A stretch of 37,615 nucleotides of DNA, taken from IMG/VR virus record IMGVR_UViG_2721755720_000002, positions 1 to 37,615 of that record. One strand, written 5' to 3'. Numbering within the stretch: the first letter of the stretch is position 1; each line of letters starts with the position of its first letter. The notes under the pieces were generated by a model. It had not been told where the DNA came from, searched no databases, and saw only the letters and a program-made list of their open reading frames with translations. This stretch comes from a virus. Its lineage: Duplodnaviria > Heunggongvirae > Uroviricota > Caudoviricetes. A program made the translations under genes and the position numbers. Positions 9,339 through 18,897 of the stretch are shown here, piece after piece.

Positions 9339-9500
9339 ATGCCAAAACGTCGTAAGAAATACCAGGAAAAAGAAGAGATTCGACACCCTGATTCACCTGA
9401 GGGATTAGTGGTAGCCGCAGCAAATAACAGGGCGTTCGCAGAGCGCCTTGTTGGTGTTTACAGACTAGCCAAAGCAGGAGTGAAACATGGGCGTCGTTAA
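9339..9500 (+). CDS. small basic hypothetical protein (53 aa) between cII and O, overlapping the O start; not in the ORF track
   Basis: AGGAG then 5 nt then ATG at 9339; [53 protein letters not shown]. Confidence 0.3.
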   Translation: MPKRRKKYQEKEEIRHPDSPEGLVVAAANNRAFAERLVGVYRLAKAGVKHGRR

Positions 9501-10308
9501 GTTAGCTGATTACAGGCCTCAACTGGAGGTCGTGGAGCATCGCGTGGCAGATACCGAAGATGGTTTCATGCGCGTTGCTAACGAGATTACCGACAGTCTG
9601 CTGATGGCTGATTTAACCGTCCGGCAGTTGAAGGTGATGCTCGCTATCATGCGCAAGACATACGGATTCAATAAGCCGATGGATCGACTCACAAACACGC
9701 AGATAGCAGCCATGACAGGTATTCATCACACTCATGTTTGCGCTGCCAAGCGCCAGCTTATTGAGCGTAAATTCCTCATTGCTGATGGCGTGAAAATCGG
9801 AGTGAACAAGGTGGTTTCTCAGTGGATTAGCCAGGACAGCTTAACATTAGCTAAAACAGCTAATAAAACATTAGCCAAGTCGGCTAATGGGTATAAGCCA
9901 AGTCAGCTAAACACAAAAGACAATATACAAAAGACAATAAATACAAATACCCCCTTACCCCCTAACGGGGGAGGCGATGGGCAGGTTAAACCTGAACGTC
10001 GCAAGGCAGAACGAATCGACTACGAATCCTTCCTGAACGCCTACAACACCGAAGTCGGTGACAGACTGCCACACGCTGTTGCGGTCAACGAGAAACGCAA
10101 ACGCCGCCTGAAGAAAATCATCCCGCAACTGAAAACGCCAAACGTGGACGGTTTCAGAGCGTATGTCAGGGCGTTTGTGCATCAGGCCAAGCCGTTTTAC
10201 TTCGGAGACAACGACACGGGCTGGACGGCTGATTTTGATTACCTGCTGAGAGAAGACTCGTTAACGGGAGTTCGGGAAGGGAAGTTTGCAGACAGGGGGA
10301 TTGCATGA
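9487..10308 (+). CDS. O: replication initiator (lambda O-type N-domain)
   Basis: [37 protein letters not shown] parallels the lambda O N-terminus; iterons lie inside the gene. Confidence 0.8.
   Translation: MGVVKLADYRPQLEVVEHRVADTEDGFMRVANEITDSLLMADLTVRQLKVMLAIMRKTYGFNKPMDRLTNTQIAAMTGIHHTHVCAAKRQLIERKFLIADGVKIGVNKVVSQWISQDSLTLAKTANKTLAKSANGYKPSQLNTKDNIQKTINTNTPLPPNGGGDGQVKPERRKAERIDYESFLNAYNTEVGDRLPHAVAVNEKRKRRLKKIIPQLKTPNVDGFRAYVRAFVHQAKPFYFGDNDTGWTADFDYLLREDSLTGVREGKFADRGIA
9826..9950. repeat. origin: about four ~20-bp iterons (near 9826, 9845, 9869, 9893) followed by an A-rich tract
   Basis: Repeated TTAGC...GCTAA units at about 24-bp spacing, then ACACAAAAGACAATATACAAAAGACAATAAATACAAATAC. 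Confidence 0.6.
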
Positions 10309-11681
10309 GACAGGATATCGAAGCGAGCGTTATCGGTGGCCTGCTGATTGGTGGATTAACTCCAACCGCCAGCGACGTTCTGGCAACGCTAGAGACGGAA
10401 GCGTTTTCAATTCCGCTCTACCGGAAAGCCTTCGAGGTTATTCGCAAGCAGGCGAGAAACAGAAACCTAATCGATGCGCTGATGGTTGCCGAGGCGTGCG
10501 GAGAGGAGCATTTCACGTCAATCCTGATGACCAGCAAAAACTGCCCGAGTGCCGCAAACCTGAAGGGATATGCCGGAATGGTCGCGGATAACTATCACCG
10601 CCGTCTGGTGCTGGAAATCATGGATGAAATGCGTGAACCAATCCAAAGCGGAACCATCGACGCATCGAGTCAGGCGATGGATGAACTTGTAAAGCGTCTT
10701 TCAGCCATCAGAAAGCCCCGTGACGAGGTTAAACCTGTACGGTTAGGGGAAATCATCACTGACTACACTGACACGCTTGACAGGCGTCTGAGGAACGGAG
10801 AAGAGTCAGATACCCTGAAGACCGGAATCGACGAACTTGACGCCATCACCGGAGGGATGAACGCAGAAGACCTGGTGATTATCGCCGCTCGTCCTGGTAT
10901 GGGTAAAACCGAACTGGCGCTTAAGATTGCCGAAGGCGTTGCAAGCCGCGTTATTCCTGGTTCTGACGTCCGGCGCGGAGTGTTGATTTTCTCGATGGAA
11001 ATGAGCGCATTGCAGATTGCAGAGCGAAGTATTGCCAACGCCGGGAGGATGTCGGTTAGCGTGCTGCGAAATCCTGCATCGATGGATGACGAAGGCTGGG
11101 CGCGCGTTGCTAACGGCATGAGTCAGCTTGCAGATTTGGATGTATGGGTAGTCGATGCCTCGCGGTTATCGGTCGAAGAAATACGCTCAATCGCAGAACG
11201 GCACAAACAGGAAAATCCAAACCTGTCACTCATCATGGCGGATTATCTTGGCCTGATTGAGAAGCCGAAAGCAGACCGCAACGACCTCGCAATTGCTCAC
11301 ATCTCCGGAAGCCTGAAGGCGATGGCGAAAGACCTGAAAACGCCTGTTATCTCCCTGAGTCAGCTTTCGCGCGATGTTGAGAAGCGACCAAACAAACGCC
11401 CGACAAACGCAGATTTGCGTGATTCAGGAAGCATTGAACAGGACGCAGACTCAATCATCATGCTCTATCGGGAAGCGGTATATGACGAGAACAGTAGCGC
11501 CGCACCATTTGCTGAAATCATCGTAACGAAAAACCGTTTTGGCTCACTTGGTACGGTTTACCAGCGGTTCTGCAACGGACACTTTGTTGCATGTGACCAG
11601 GATGAAGCCAGACAGATTTGCACAGCATCAAATGCGCCTGCTGCGCGTGGCAGGCGATATGCACAAGGGGCTGACGTATGA
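10305..11681 (+). CDS. DnaB-family replicative helicase (P22 gp12-type)
   Basis: 458 aa; DnaB N-domain, Walker [18 protein letters not shown], ...[12 protein letters not shown]; ATGA overlap with O. Confidence 0.85.
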   Translation: MRQDIEASVIGGLLIGGLTPTASDVLATLETEAFSIPLYRKAFEVIRKQARNRNLIDALMVAEACGEEHFTSILMTSKNCPSAANLKGYAGMVADNYHRRLVLEIMDEMREPIQSGTIDASSQAMDELVKRLSAIRKPRDEVKPVRLGEIITDYTDTLDRRLRNGEESDTLKTGIDELDAITGGMNAEDLVIIAARPGMGKTELALKIAEGVASRVIPGSDVRRGVLIFSMEMSALQIAERSIANAGRMSVSVLRNPASMDDEGWARVANGMSQLADLDVWVVDASRLSVEEIRSIAERHKQENPNLSLIMADYLGLIEKPKADRNDLAIAHISGSLKAMAKDLKTPVISLSQLSRDVEKRPNKRPTNADLRDSGSIEQDADSIIMLYREAVYDENSSAAPFAEIIVTKNRFGSLGTVYQRFCNGHFVACDQDEARQICTASNAPAARGRRYAQGADV

Positions 11682-11706
11682 CCATCTACATCACTGAGCT
11701 AATAAC

Positions 11707-11738
11707 AGGCCTGCTGGTAATCGCAGGCCTTTTTATTT
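11707..11738 (+). terminator. intrinsic terminator after the helicase gene (tR2-equivalent)
   Basis: Perfect 8-bp stem AGGCCTGC/GCAGGCCT with 8-nt loop followed by TTTTATTT. Confidence 0.6.
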
Positions 11739-11753
11739 GGGGGAGAGGGAAGT

Positions 11754-11975
11754 GTGGCTGACTGGCAAATTCCAATCATCATTCTTGCCGGAGCTTCGCT
11801 GGTTGCTGGCTTTATCCTGCTGAAAAAGCATAAAGACCGTGATCAAAAAGTCGAAGTTCTCTATGGGTATCCAGCGAACAGCACAACATGGCTGACCATT
11901 TACCACTACCGAAAATCAGGCCGCTGGGTATTCGAATGGGATGATCTGTTTGCTGAAAAGCGACCAAAGTCATAG
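11754..11975 (+). CDS. small membrane protein (73 aa, GTG start, one predicted transmembrane helix)
   Basis: GGGAGAGGGAA upstream of GTG at 11754; IPIIILAGASLVAGFILL hydrophobic segment. Confidence 0.4.
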   Translation: MADWQIPIIILAGASLVAGFILLKKHKDRDQKVEVLYGYPANSTTWLTIYHYRKSGRWVFEWDDLFAEKRPKS

Positions 11976-12076
11976 GGAGACATCAGCGAATGCATGATGT
12001 TTGAAGAAAGAAAATCCGGCGCAACCCGAGAAGAGTTTAACGAAGCGTGGGCGCGATTAAGTGAGAGAGGGTATTT

Positions 12077-12277
12077 GTGAGCAAGTACGAAAAATTAGAT
12101 CAAAACATTCTTTCAATGCTGAGTGAAAGACCAACACCTGTTTTTGATATCTGGCTTAAATGGCGGAGCAATGGAATGTATATCGAAACCATCGATCGCC
12201 GTATGCAATACCTGAGAAAGAAAGGGCTTGTTGCAAATGTGCGTGGGAAGGGTTGGGTGAAAATTAACCTGTCATAA
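12077..12277 (+). CDS. hypothetical nin-region protein (66 aa, GTG start)
   Basis: ORF track; GAGAGAGGG upstream of the start. Confidence 0.4.
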   Translation: MSKYEKLDQNILSMLSERPTPVFDIWLKWRSNGMYIETIDRRMQYLRKKGLVANVRGKGWVKINLS

Positions 12278-12288
12278 CGGGGATTGAT

Positions 12289-12573
12289 ATGGGCGAATCA
12301 AGAAAGCAGTTTGAGGAATACGTTGCCAAAAAATTGAGATTACCATTCGAGATGATAACCGAGGCAAGAAATGGTGATAGGTACTTCGCATTTTCAAGCA
12401 TGGATATTCGTCACTCCTTAAATGAGTGGTGGGCTTTATGGCAGGCATCGCGAGCAGCTATCGAGATTGAGCTTCCTGAAAGCTTTACCATGCATAGTGG
12501 GCGAACCCCATATCTGTATGTAAGCGAGGTGCAGAGCGCCATCCGCGCTGCTGGAGTCAAAGTGAAGGAGTAA
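12289..12573 (+). CDS. hypothetical nin-region protein (94 aa)
   Basis: ORF track with Shine-Dalgarno; stop abuts the ninB start. Confidence 0.45.
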   Translation: MGESRKQFEEYVAKKLRLPFEMITEARNGDRYFAFSSMDIRHSLNEWWALWQASRAAIEIELPESFTMHSGRTPYLYVSEVQSAIRAAGVKVKE

Positions 12574-12575
12574 CG

Positions 12576-12986
12576 ATGAAGCAAACAATCTTCCTCCGAA
12601 CTAAGCAACAACAGCAAGCCGCAATAAATGCCATCCTCGCAACACCACTCGATAAAGACAAGCCAGTCACCATCCGCATTACTGACTACAAGCGCAACCT
12701 TGACCAGAACGCAAAATTTCACGCGATGCTGGCGGATATCGCTCGTCAGGTTCAATGGTGCGATAAATGGCTAAAACCAGAACAATGGAAGGTTTTGTTG
12801 ATCAGCGGTCATGCAGTGGCAACAAAACAGGAAGCTGATGTTTTGCCCGGGCTTGAAGGCGAATACGTCAACATTCGCGAAAGTAGCGCGCAGATGAGTG
12901 TGAAGCGTATGGCAAGTCTGATTGAGTACACGACAGCATGGGCTATTGGTCAGGGCGTCAGATTTACCGACAGGAGGTACGAATGA
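12576..12986 (+). CDS. ninB: NinB (Orf-family recombination protein)
   Basis: AAGGAG Shine-Dalgarno; [21 protein letters not shown] region parallels lambda NinB. Confidence 0.75.
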   Translation: MKQTIFLRTKQQQQAAINAILATPLDKDKPVTIRITDYKRNLDQNAKFHAMLADIARQVQWCDKWLKPEQWKVLLISGHAVATKQEADVLPGLEGEYVNIRESSAQMSVKRMASLIEYTTAWAIGQGVRFTDRRYE

Positions 12987-13159
12987 GACGACAGCGACGA
13001 AGTATCACCGACATAATCTGTGAAAACTGCAAATACCTTCCAACGAAACGCTCCAGAAATAAACGCAAGCCAATCCCAAAAGAATCTGACGTAAAAACAT
13101 TCAATTACACGGCTCACCTGTGGGATATCCGGTGGCTAAGACATCGTGCGAGGAAATGA
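12983..13159 (+). CDS. ninE: NinE (58 aa)
   Basis: GGAGG then ATG at 12983 (ATGA overlap with ninB); [23 protein letters not shown]... recalled as NinE. Confidence 0.65.
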   Translation: MRRQRRSITDIICENCKYLPTKRSRNKRKPIPKESDVKTFNYTAHLWDIRWLRHRARK

Positions 13160-13530
13160 CAATGGATTATTCACAGTTAAGTGATTTTGAAATTAACAGA
13201 ATGGTAGGAGACATAATTTTTAAGGGCCTTTGGGCATGTAAGCCTGAAACATCAGGGAATAACACAAATAAATGGTATTACGGAAATGCTGATACAAGTC
13301 TTGAGCCATTAAACCCTTTACCTGACTACTGCAATGATCCGAGAGCTGCATGGCCTGTAATCGCAAAACATCAGATCAGCATATGTGCATACGAAAGAAA
13401 TAATCCTGGAATGAAGAATGAATATTGGTGGGAGGCGGATAGATTTTGTGAATTTATTACCATAGACAACAACCCACTCCGCGCCGCCATGATTGTCTTT
13501 CTCATGATGCAGGACGCCAATAATGCTTAG
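13156..13530 (+). CDS. NinX-like (DUF2591) protein (124 aa)
   Basis: ATG at 13156 overlaps the ninE stop; position and size match the P22 ninX slot; family assigned from memory. Confidence 0.45.
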   Translation: MTMDYSQLSDFEINRMVGDIIFKGLWACKPETSGNNTNKWYYGNADTSLEPLNPLPDYCNDPRAAWPVIAKHQISICAYERNNPGMKNEYWWEADRFCEFITIDNNPLRAAMIVFLMMQDANNA

Positions 13531-13699
13531 CCCATCCCAATCCATTCAATACCAGAAAGAAAGCGTCGAGCGGGCTTTAACGTGCGCTAACTGCGGTCAG
13601 AAGCTGCATGTGCTGGAAGTTCATGTGTGTGAGCACTGCTGTGCAGAACTGATGAGCGATCCGAATAGCTCAATGTACGAGGAAGAAGACGATGAGTGA
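13523..13699 (+). CDS. ninF: NinF (58 aa, Cys-rich), not in the ORF track
   Basis: [58 protein letters not shown]; overlaps the preceding stop. Confidence 0.6.
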   Translation: MLSPSQSIQYQKESVERALTCANCGQKLHVLEVHVCEHCCAELMSDPNSSMYEEEDDE

Positions 13700-13961
13700 T
13701 TTCTCTGAGCTTATTTCCTTCAAAAAAGACAGAGAAGAAATGCGGACTGAATCTGTCTATTACGTTCAACACCGGAATAAACGCTCTGTGCTTGATCAGG
13801 AGCTGGTTATTACCGGAGACCTGGCATTCAGAACATATAAGGCCAGCATGGAAATGAAGGATTTCCCTAAATGTGGTTCTGAAAGAGAAGCCGCGTTAAA
13901 GCTGGCTGAGTGGATGCAGAGAATGGCTGCTGCAATTGAGAATTACTGGAGTGAACCATAA
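13692..13961 (+). CDS. hypothetical nin-region protein (89 aa)
   Basis: ORF track; ATG overlaps the ninF stop region. Confidence 0.45.
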   Translation: MSDFSELISFKKDREEMRTESVYYVQHRNKRSVLDQELVITGDLAFRTYKASMEMKDFPKCGSEREAALKLAEWMQRMAAAIENYWSEP

Positions 13962-14251
13962 TGGCTAACCTACGCAAAGAAGCACGCGGCAGAGAATGCC
14001 AGGTACGTATTTACGGCGTATGCAATGGCAATCCTGAAACTACAGTTCTGGCACATTACCGGATGGCTGGAATTTGCGGAACGGGAATGAAGCCTGACGA
14101 CCTGATCGGCGCATGGGCTTGTAGCGCGTGTCACGATGAAATCGACCGACGCACCCATAACCTCGACAACAAAGACGCCAGACTTTACCACCTCGAAGGC
14201 GTGATCAGGACGCAGGCGGTATTGCTGAAGGAGGGGAAGGTTAAGTCATGA
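13961..14251 (+). CDS. YbcO-like (DUF1364) Cys-rich putative nuclease (96 aa)
   Basis: MANLRKEARGRECQVRIYGVCNG...CSACHDEIDRR; recalled as similar to DLP12 YbcO, which also precedes rusA. Confidence 0.6.
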   Translation: MANLRKEARGRECQVRIYGVCNGNPETTVLAHYRMAGICGTGMKPDDLIGAWACSACHDEIDRRTHNLDNKDARLYHLEGVIRTQAVLLKEGKVKS

Positions 14252-14610
14252 ATGAATATCGGTTTGTGCTTCCATACCCGCCGTCGGTGAATACCTACTG
14301 GCGAAGAAGGGGAAGCCAATACTACATCAGCGATAAAGGCCAGAAATACCGAAAAGATGTACAGCAAATAATCCGCCAACTCAAGTTAGACATTTTCACC
14401 AAATCACGACTCCGCATCAAAGTCATCGCAGACGTTCCAGACTCCCGCCGCCGCGACCTCGACAACATCCTGAAAGGTTTACTCGACTCCCTTATCCACG
14501 CCGGATTTGCGGAAGACGACGAGCAATTCGATGACATTCGCGTAATTCGTGGTGTGAAAGTACCAGGTGGAAGGCTTGGAATAAAAATCACCGAACTGGA
14601 GAACGCATGA
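14248..14610 (+). CDS. rusA: RusA Holliday-junction resolvase
   Basis: 120 aa; ...RRRDLDNILKGLLDSLIHAGF...DDIRVIRG parallels E. coli RusA. Confidence 0.85.
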   Translation: MNEYRFVLPYPPSVNTYWRRRGSQYYISDKGQKYRKDVQQIIRQLKLDIFTKSRLRIKVIADVPDSRRRDLDNILKGLLDSLIHAGFAEDDEQFDDIRVIRGVKVPGGRLGIKITELENA

Positions 14611-14795
14611 ACGCCACAATTCAAACGATACCAGAGCTTCTTATCCAGACACGAGGCAATCAGACCGAAGTGGCAAGGATGCTTTCCTGCGCAAGAGGAA
14701 CAGTGCTCAAGTACAACCGAGACAGCAAAGGCGAGCGTCACGTAATAGTTAACGGCGTCCTGATGGTCAAACAGGGCAAAAGGGGAAGGCCATGA
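14607..14795 (+). CDS. ninH: NinH-like protein (62 aa)
   Basis: GNQTEVARMLSCARGTVLKY...IVNGVLMV parallels lambda NinH. Confidence 0.65.
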   Translation: MNATIQTIPELLIQTRGNQTEVARMLSCARGTVLKYNRDSKGERHVIVNGVLMVKQGKRGRP

Positions 14796-15415
14796 GACTC
14801 GAAAGCGTAGCTAAATTTCATTCGCCAAAAAGCCCGATGATGAGCGACTCACCACGGGCTACGGCTTCTGACTCTCTTTCCGGTACTGATGTGATGGCTG
14901 CTATGGGGATGGCGCAATCACAAGCCGGATTCGGAATGGCTGCATTCTGCGGTAAGCATGAACTCAGCCAGAACGACAAACAAAAGGCTATCAACTATCT
15001 GATGCAATTTGCACACAAGGTATCGGGGAAATACCGTGGCGTGGCAAAGCTTGAAGGAAATACTAAGGCAAAGGTACTGCAAGTGCTCGCAACATTCGCT
15101 TATGCGGATTATTGCCGTAGTGCCGCGACGCCGGGCGCAAGATGCAGAGATTGCCACGGTACAGGCCGTGCGGTTGATATATCAAAAACAGAGCTGTGGG
15201 GGAGAGTTGTTGAGAAAGAATGCGGAAGATGCAAAGGTGTCGGCTATTCAAGAATGCCAGCAAGCGCCGCATATCGCGCTGTAACGATGCTAATCCCCAA
15301 CCTTACTCAACCCACCTGGTCACGCACTGTTAAGCCGCTGTATGACGCTCTGGTGGTGCAATGCCACAAAGAAGAGTCAATCGCAGACAACATTTTGAAT
15401 GCGGTCACACGTTAG
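14792..15415 (+). CDS. Q: late antiterminator Q (lambda type, 207 aa)
   Basis: MRLESVAKFHSPKSPMMSDSPRATASDSLSGTDV... matches lambda Q throughout as recalled; pR' follows. Confidence 0.92.
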   Translation: MRLESVAKFHSPKSPMMSDSPRATASDSLSGTDVMAAMGMAQSQAGFGMAAFCGKHELSQNDKQKAINYLMQFAHKVSGKYRGVAKLEGNTKAKVLQVLATFAYADYCRSAATPGARCRDCHGTGRAVDISKTELWGRVVEKECGRCKGVGYSRMPASAAYRAVTMLIPNLTQPTWSRTVKPLYDALVVQCHKEESIADNILNAVTR

Positions 15416-15457
15416 CAGCATGATTGCCACGGATGGCAACATATTAACGGCATGATA

Positions 15458-15486
15458 TTGACTTATTGAATAAAATTGGGTAAATT
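15458..15486 (+). promoter_or_regulatory. late promoter pR' (-35 TTGACT 15458-15463, -10 TAAATT 15481-15486) with the qut region
   Basis: TTGACTTATTGAATAAAATTGGGTAAATTTGACTCAACGATGG matches the lambda pR'/qut region from memory. Confidence 0.8.
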
Positions 15487-15520
15487 TGACTCAACGATGG
15501 ATAAATGCACTCGTTAAATA

Positions 15521-15550
15521 AAGCCCTGAGTTAATAGCTCGGGGCTTTTT
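15521..15550 (+). terminator. tR'-like intrinsic terminator about 55 nt downstream of the pR' start
   Basis: Hairpin GCCCTGAG-TTAATAG-CTCGGGGC followed by TTTTT. Confidence 0.55.
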
Positions 15551-15848
15551 GCGTTTTAAGCACGGACTTTCTGAAAGCACATCAAACCAAATACCAGACA
15601 GACCAAAATAATCACCTTATCCGCTGTGGCTACGGTGTGGTGTGCTTTGCATAAAAGAAAACCAGCGCAATGGCTGGCTTCGTGAAAGCGGGTGGCAAGA
15701 GGCTGCGCTAACAACCTCCTGCCGTTTTGCTCGTGCATATCGGTCACGAACAAATCTGATTACTAAACACAGTAGCCTGGATTTGTTCTATCAGTAATCG
15801 ACCTTATTCCTAATTAAATAGAGCAAATCCCCTTATTGGGGGTAAGAC

Positions 15849-16172
15849 ATGAAGATGCCAGAAAAACATGACCTGTTAGCCGCCATTCTCGCGGCAAAGG
15901 AACAAGGCATCGGGGCAATCCTTGCGTTTGCAATGGCGTACCTTCGCGGCAGATATAATGGCGGTGCGTTTACAAAAACAGTAATCGACGCAACGATGTG
16001 CGCCATTATCGCCTGGTTCATTCGTGACCTTCTCGACTTCGCAGGACTAAGTAGCAATCTCGCTTATATAACGAGCGTGTTCATCGGCTACATCGGTACT
16101 GACTCGATTGGTTCGCTTATCAAACGCTTCGCTGCTAAAAAAGCCGGAGTAGAAGATGGTGGAAATCAATAA
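15849..16172 (+). CDS. S: holin S (lambda type) with dual Met1/Met3 start
   Basis: [34 protein letters not shown]... matches lambda S; ATG at 15849 and 15855. Confidence 0.92.
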   Translation: MKMPEKHDLLAAILAAKEQGIGAILAFAMAYLRGRYNGGAFTKTVIDATMCAIIAWFIRDLLDFAGLSSNLAYITSVFIGYIGTDSIGSLIKRFAAKKAGVEDGGNQ

Positions 16173-16632
16173 TCAACGTAAGGCGTTCCTCGATATGCTG
16201 GCGTGGTCAGAGGGAACTGATAACGGACGGCAGAAAACCAGAAATCATGGTTATGACGTCATTGTAGGCGGAGAGCTATTCACTGATTACTCAGATCACC
16301 CTCGCAAACTTGTCACGCTAAACCCAAAACTAAAATCAACAGCAGCCGGACGTTACCAGCTTCTTTCCCGTTGGTGGGATGCCTATCGTAAGCAGCTTGG
16401 CCTGAAAGACTTCTCTCCGAAAAGCCAGGACGCTGTGGCATTGCAACAGATTAAAGAGCGTGGCGCTTTACCGATGATTGATCGCGGTGATATCCGTCAG
16501 GCAATCGACCGTTGCAGCAATATCTGGGCTTCGTTGCCGGGGGCTGGTTATGGACAGTTCGAGCATAAGGCTGACAGCCTGATTGCAAAATTCAAAGAAG
16601 CAGGCGGAACGGTCAGAGAGATTGAGGTATGA
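16156..16632 (+). CDS. R: endolysin R (lambda-type lytic transglycosylase, 158 aa)
   Basis: [39 protein letters not shown]... matches lambda R. Confidence 0.92.
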   Translation: MVEINNQRKAFLDMLAWSEGTDNGRQKTRNHGYDVIVGGELFTDYSDHPRKLVTLNPKLKSTAAGRYQLLSRWWDAYRKQLGLKDFSPKSQDAVALQQIKERGALPMIDRGDIRQAIDRCSNIWASLPGAGYGQFEHKADSLIAKFKEAGGTVREIEV

Positions 16633-17066
16633 GCAGAGTCACCGCGATTATCTCCGCTCTGGTTATCTGCATCATCGTCTGCCTGTCATGGGCTGTTAAT
16701 CATTACCGTGATAACGCCATGACCTACAAAGAACAGCGCGACAAAGCCACATCCATCATCGCTGACATGCAGAAGCGTCAACGTGACGTAGCAGAACTCG
16801 ATGCCAGATATACAAAGGAGCTTGCTGATGCTAACGCGACTATCGAAAGTCTCCGTGATGATGTTTCTGCTGGGCGTAAGCGGCTGCAAGTCGCCGCCTC
16901 CTGTGCAAAGTCAAAGACCGGAGCCAGCAGCATGGGCGATGGAGAAAGCCCAGGACTTACAGCAGATGCTGAACTCAATTATTACCGTCTCCGAAGTGGA
17001 ATCGACAGGATAACCGCGCAGGTTAACTACCTGCAGGAGTACATCAGGACGCAATGTCTGAAATAA
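16629..17066 (+). CDS. Rz: i-spanin Rz
   Basis: N-terminus [30 protein letters not shown] matches lambda Rz; C-terminal half diverged. Confidence 0.85.
   Translation: MSRVTAIISALVICIIVCLSWAVNHYRDNAMTYKEQRDKATSIIADMQKRQRDVAELDARYTKELADANATIESLRDDVSAGRKRLQVAASCAKSKTGASSMGDGESPGLTADAELNYYRLRSGIDRITAQVNYLQEYIRTQCLK
16828..17013 (+). CDS. Rz1: o-spanin Rz1 lipoprotein embedded in the +1 frame of Rz (61 aa)
   Basis: AAGGAG Shine-Dalgarno then ATG at 16828; lipobox LLGVSGC and proline-rich [13 protein letters not shown]. Confidence 0.75.
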   Translation: MLTRLSKVSVMMFLLGVSGCKSPPPVQSQRPEPAAWAMEKAQDLQQMLNSIITVSEVESTG

Positions 17067-17097
17067 TTTTTTTGCAAATCACAAAGTCCATTTAATG

Positions 17098-17121
17098 AGC
17101 CTCGCGATGCGGGGCTTTTTT
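17098..17121 (+). terminator. intrinsic terminator after the lysis cassette
   Basis: AGCCTCGC-GAT-GCGGGGCT followed by TTTTTT. Confidence 0.55.
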
Positions 17122-17128
17122 GCAATAA

Positions 17129-17155
17129 ATGCGTACCGCAACGCATGTTTTTTTT
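17129..17155 (+). terminator. second intrinsic terminator after the lysis cassette
   Basis: ATGCGT-ACCGCA-ACGCAT followed by eight T. Confidence 0.5.
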
Positions 17156-17270
17156 ACACCGAACCTGCCCCTTTGGAATGGGCCTTTGAGGATACCAGTT
17201 AGTGCTGGCGAGCCTCGGTGGGCTGGTTTCCTGTGCGGCAAAGGTTCATTTCAAATGGTAGGTAAACGTT

Positions 17271-17792
17271 ATGAATATCGTGCCACTTAATTACAAAGGT
17301 GAAATTGTCAGTTTCAACACTGATGGTTGGATCAACGTCACAGGTGTTGCTGAGAGATTTGGGAAACGCATTGATAACTGGATGCGTTTGGCAGAAACGC
17401 TTGAATACGTTCGTGCTTTAGACGAAGCGTTGACCGGGAAAGAATCTCAAATTTTACATCCCTCACAATCGAGGTATGTAAAAACCAGCAAGGCACGAAA
17501 GGACAGGGGTGGTGGTACGTGGCTACATCCAAAACTTTCAGTTGCATTTGCCCGTTGGTGTGATGCTCGTTTTGCTGTGTGGTGCGACCTGCACATTGAT
17601 AGTCTGCTTCGCGGTGAACTGACTGAGCAGCAGAAATATGAGCAAGCATGTCGCATTCGCGATGACCGGAAATCAAAAGCCAGCAATGGGGCAAGAGAGA
17701 TGGCTCGCTGGCGATGGGATAAGCCGGTTATTGAAGCAAATGTTGAGTACTGGCGCGAGCAACTGCAGTTGACTCTCGATATCGCGTGCTGA
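17271..17792 (+). CDS. KilA-N domain protein (173 aa)
   Basis: N-terminus MNIVPLNYKGEIVSFNTDGWINVTGVAERFGKRIDNWMRL resembles the KilA-N domain; two terminators upstream and about 350 bp of non-coding DNA downstream. Confidence 0.6.
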   Translation: MNIVPLNYKGEIVSFNTDGWINVTGVAERFGKRIDNWMRLAETLEYVRALDEALTGKESQILHPSQSRYVKTSKARKDRGGGTWLHPKLSVAFARWCDARFAVWCDLHIDSLLRGELTEQQKYEQACRIRDDRKSKASNGAREMARWRWDKPVIEANVEYWREQLQLTLDIAC

Positions 17793-18149
17793 TGGCAAAC
17801 GCAAAACTGCGTTATCGAAAAAATCAAAGCATTACTAGAACTGAGCAACGGCTATCCATTACAAAGCCCATCTACGGGTGGGCTTGATAATGAAACCAGA
17901 ATTTATTCTGGGAAACCAGTTACGGCAGTACAGCGAAACAACCCAAGCCAGTAAGTGGGGAAATAACACTGGCAGCCACTGAAAGATGAACCTCATGCCT
18001 TATGGCAAAAAAGATTCTTTGTGGTGGCGGACTGATGGAAAGACATCGGTTATTGCAGAGACCATTCAATGAGTGGTCTCGAAAATGACTTATACCCTAC
18101 ACGGGATAACTTAACTGATATCCCTTTTAACGGATAAACGGAGCCAACA

Positions 18150-18392
18150 ATGGCAGAGATTATTCCCATGACTGAAGAACAGAAATTCCAGTTAGAGATT
18201 TACAAACTGGTCATGAACCAGAACGCAGCCGCAGAAGAAGCATTTCAGTTCATTGGCACTGACGAGCTGAAGCTTGAGTTATTCAAAATTCACTTCCAGT
18301 CAGGCGGCGCTAATTCAGATATCACGACCCGCACTATCGAAGCGGTGCGTAAATCGAAGGAAGCGTTAGACCTGTTCACTACCGGAGCATAA
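18150..18392 (+). CDS. hypothetical protein (80 aa) upstream of the terminase genes
   Basis: ORF track with GGAG upstream. Confidence 0.4.
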   Translation: MAEIIPMTEEQKFQLEIYKLVMNQNAAAEEAFQFIGTDELKLELFKIHFQSGGANSDITTRTIEAVRKSKEALDLFTTGA

Positions 18393-18471
18393 ACATGGCA
18401 ACTCAAGGTTTCGACAACCCATCCAAATTCCGCGATGAATGGGATAAGCAAGCAGAAGGGAAATAATCAAT

Positions 18472-18897
18472 ATGGCGACTGAGAAAAAGAACGTCGGTCG
18501 CCCTTCGGATTACCTGCCGGAGGTGGCTGATGATATCTGTGCGCTGCTTGCCTCCGGGGAAAGTCTGGTTAAGGTTTGCAAGCGCCCCGGCATGCCAGCA
18601 AAGGCTACTGTATTTCGCTGGCTGTCAGAGCATGACGAATTTAGAGACAAGTACGCGAAGGCAACTGAGGCACGAGCTGATTCTATTTTCGAAGAGATAT
18701 TCGAAATTGCTGACAATGCGATTCCAGATGCTGCTGAGGTGGCAAAGGCAAGACTTCGCGTTGATACCCGCAAATGGGCGCTGGCCCGAATGAATCCCCG
18801 TAAGTATGGCGACAAGGTAACTAACGAGCTTGTCGGTAAGGACGGCGGCGCAATCCAGATTGAAACATCACCGATGAGCACTCTATTCGGAAAATGA
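18472..18897 (+). CDS. terminase small subunit (Sf6 gp1-like)
   Basis: 141 aa; GRPSDYLPEVADDICALLASGESLVKVCKRPGMP...RKWALARMNPRKYGDK recalled as Sf6-type small terminase. Confidence 0.8.
   Translation: MATEKKNVGRPSDYLPEVADDICALLASGESLVKVCKRPGMPAKATVFRWLSEHDEFRDKYAKATEARADSIFEEIFEIADNAIPDAAEVAKARLRVDTRKWALARMNPRKYGDKVTNELVGKDGGAIQIETSPMSTLFGK

Noticed and set aside
9826-9950. Short tandem direct repeats, checked as a possible CRISPR array
   Set aside because: Only about four ~20-bp units with variable spacing inside the O gene plus an A-rich tract; this is an iteron origin, not repeat-spacer structure
11678-11761. 27-codon hydrophobic ORF ([27 protein letters not shown]) overlapping the helicase stop
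   Set aside because: It is built almost entirely from the terminator hairpin and U-tract, so the hydrophobicity is probably a by-product; kept only as a remote possibility
15556-15753. 65-aa minus-strand ORF between tR' and S
   Set aside because: No Shine-Dalgarno, antisense to the late leader, and the region corresponds to non-coding sequence upstream of lambda S
17793-18150. Tiny ORFs (22-31 codons) in the non-coding stretch after the KilA-N gene
   Set aside because: No convincing Shine-Dalgarno and no recognisable features; treated as non-coding pending transcript data
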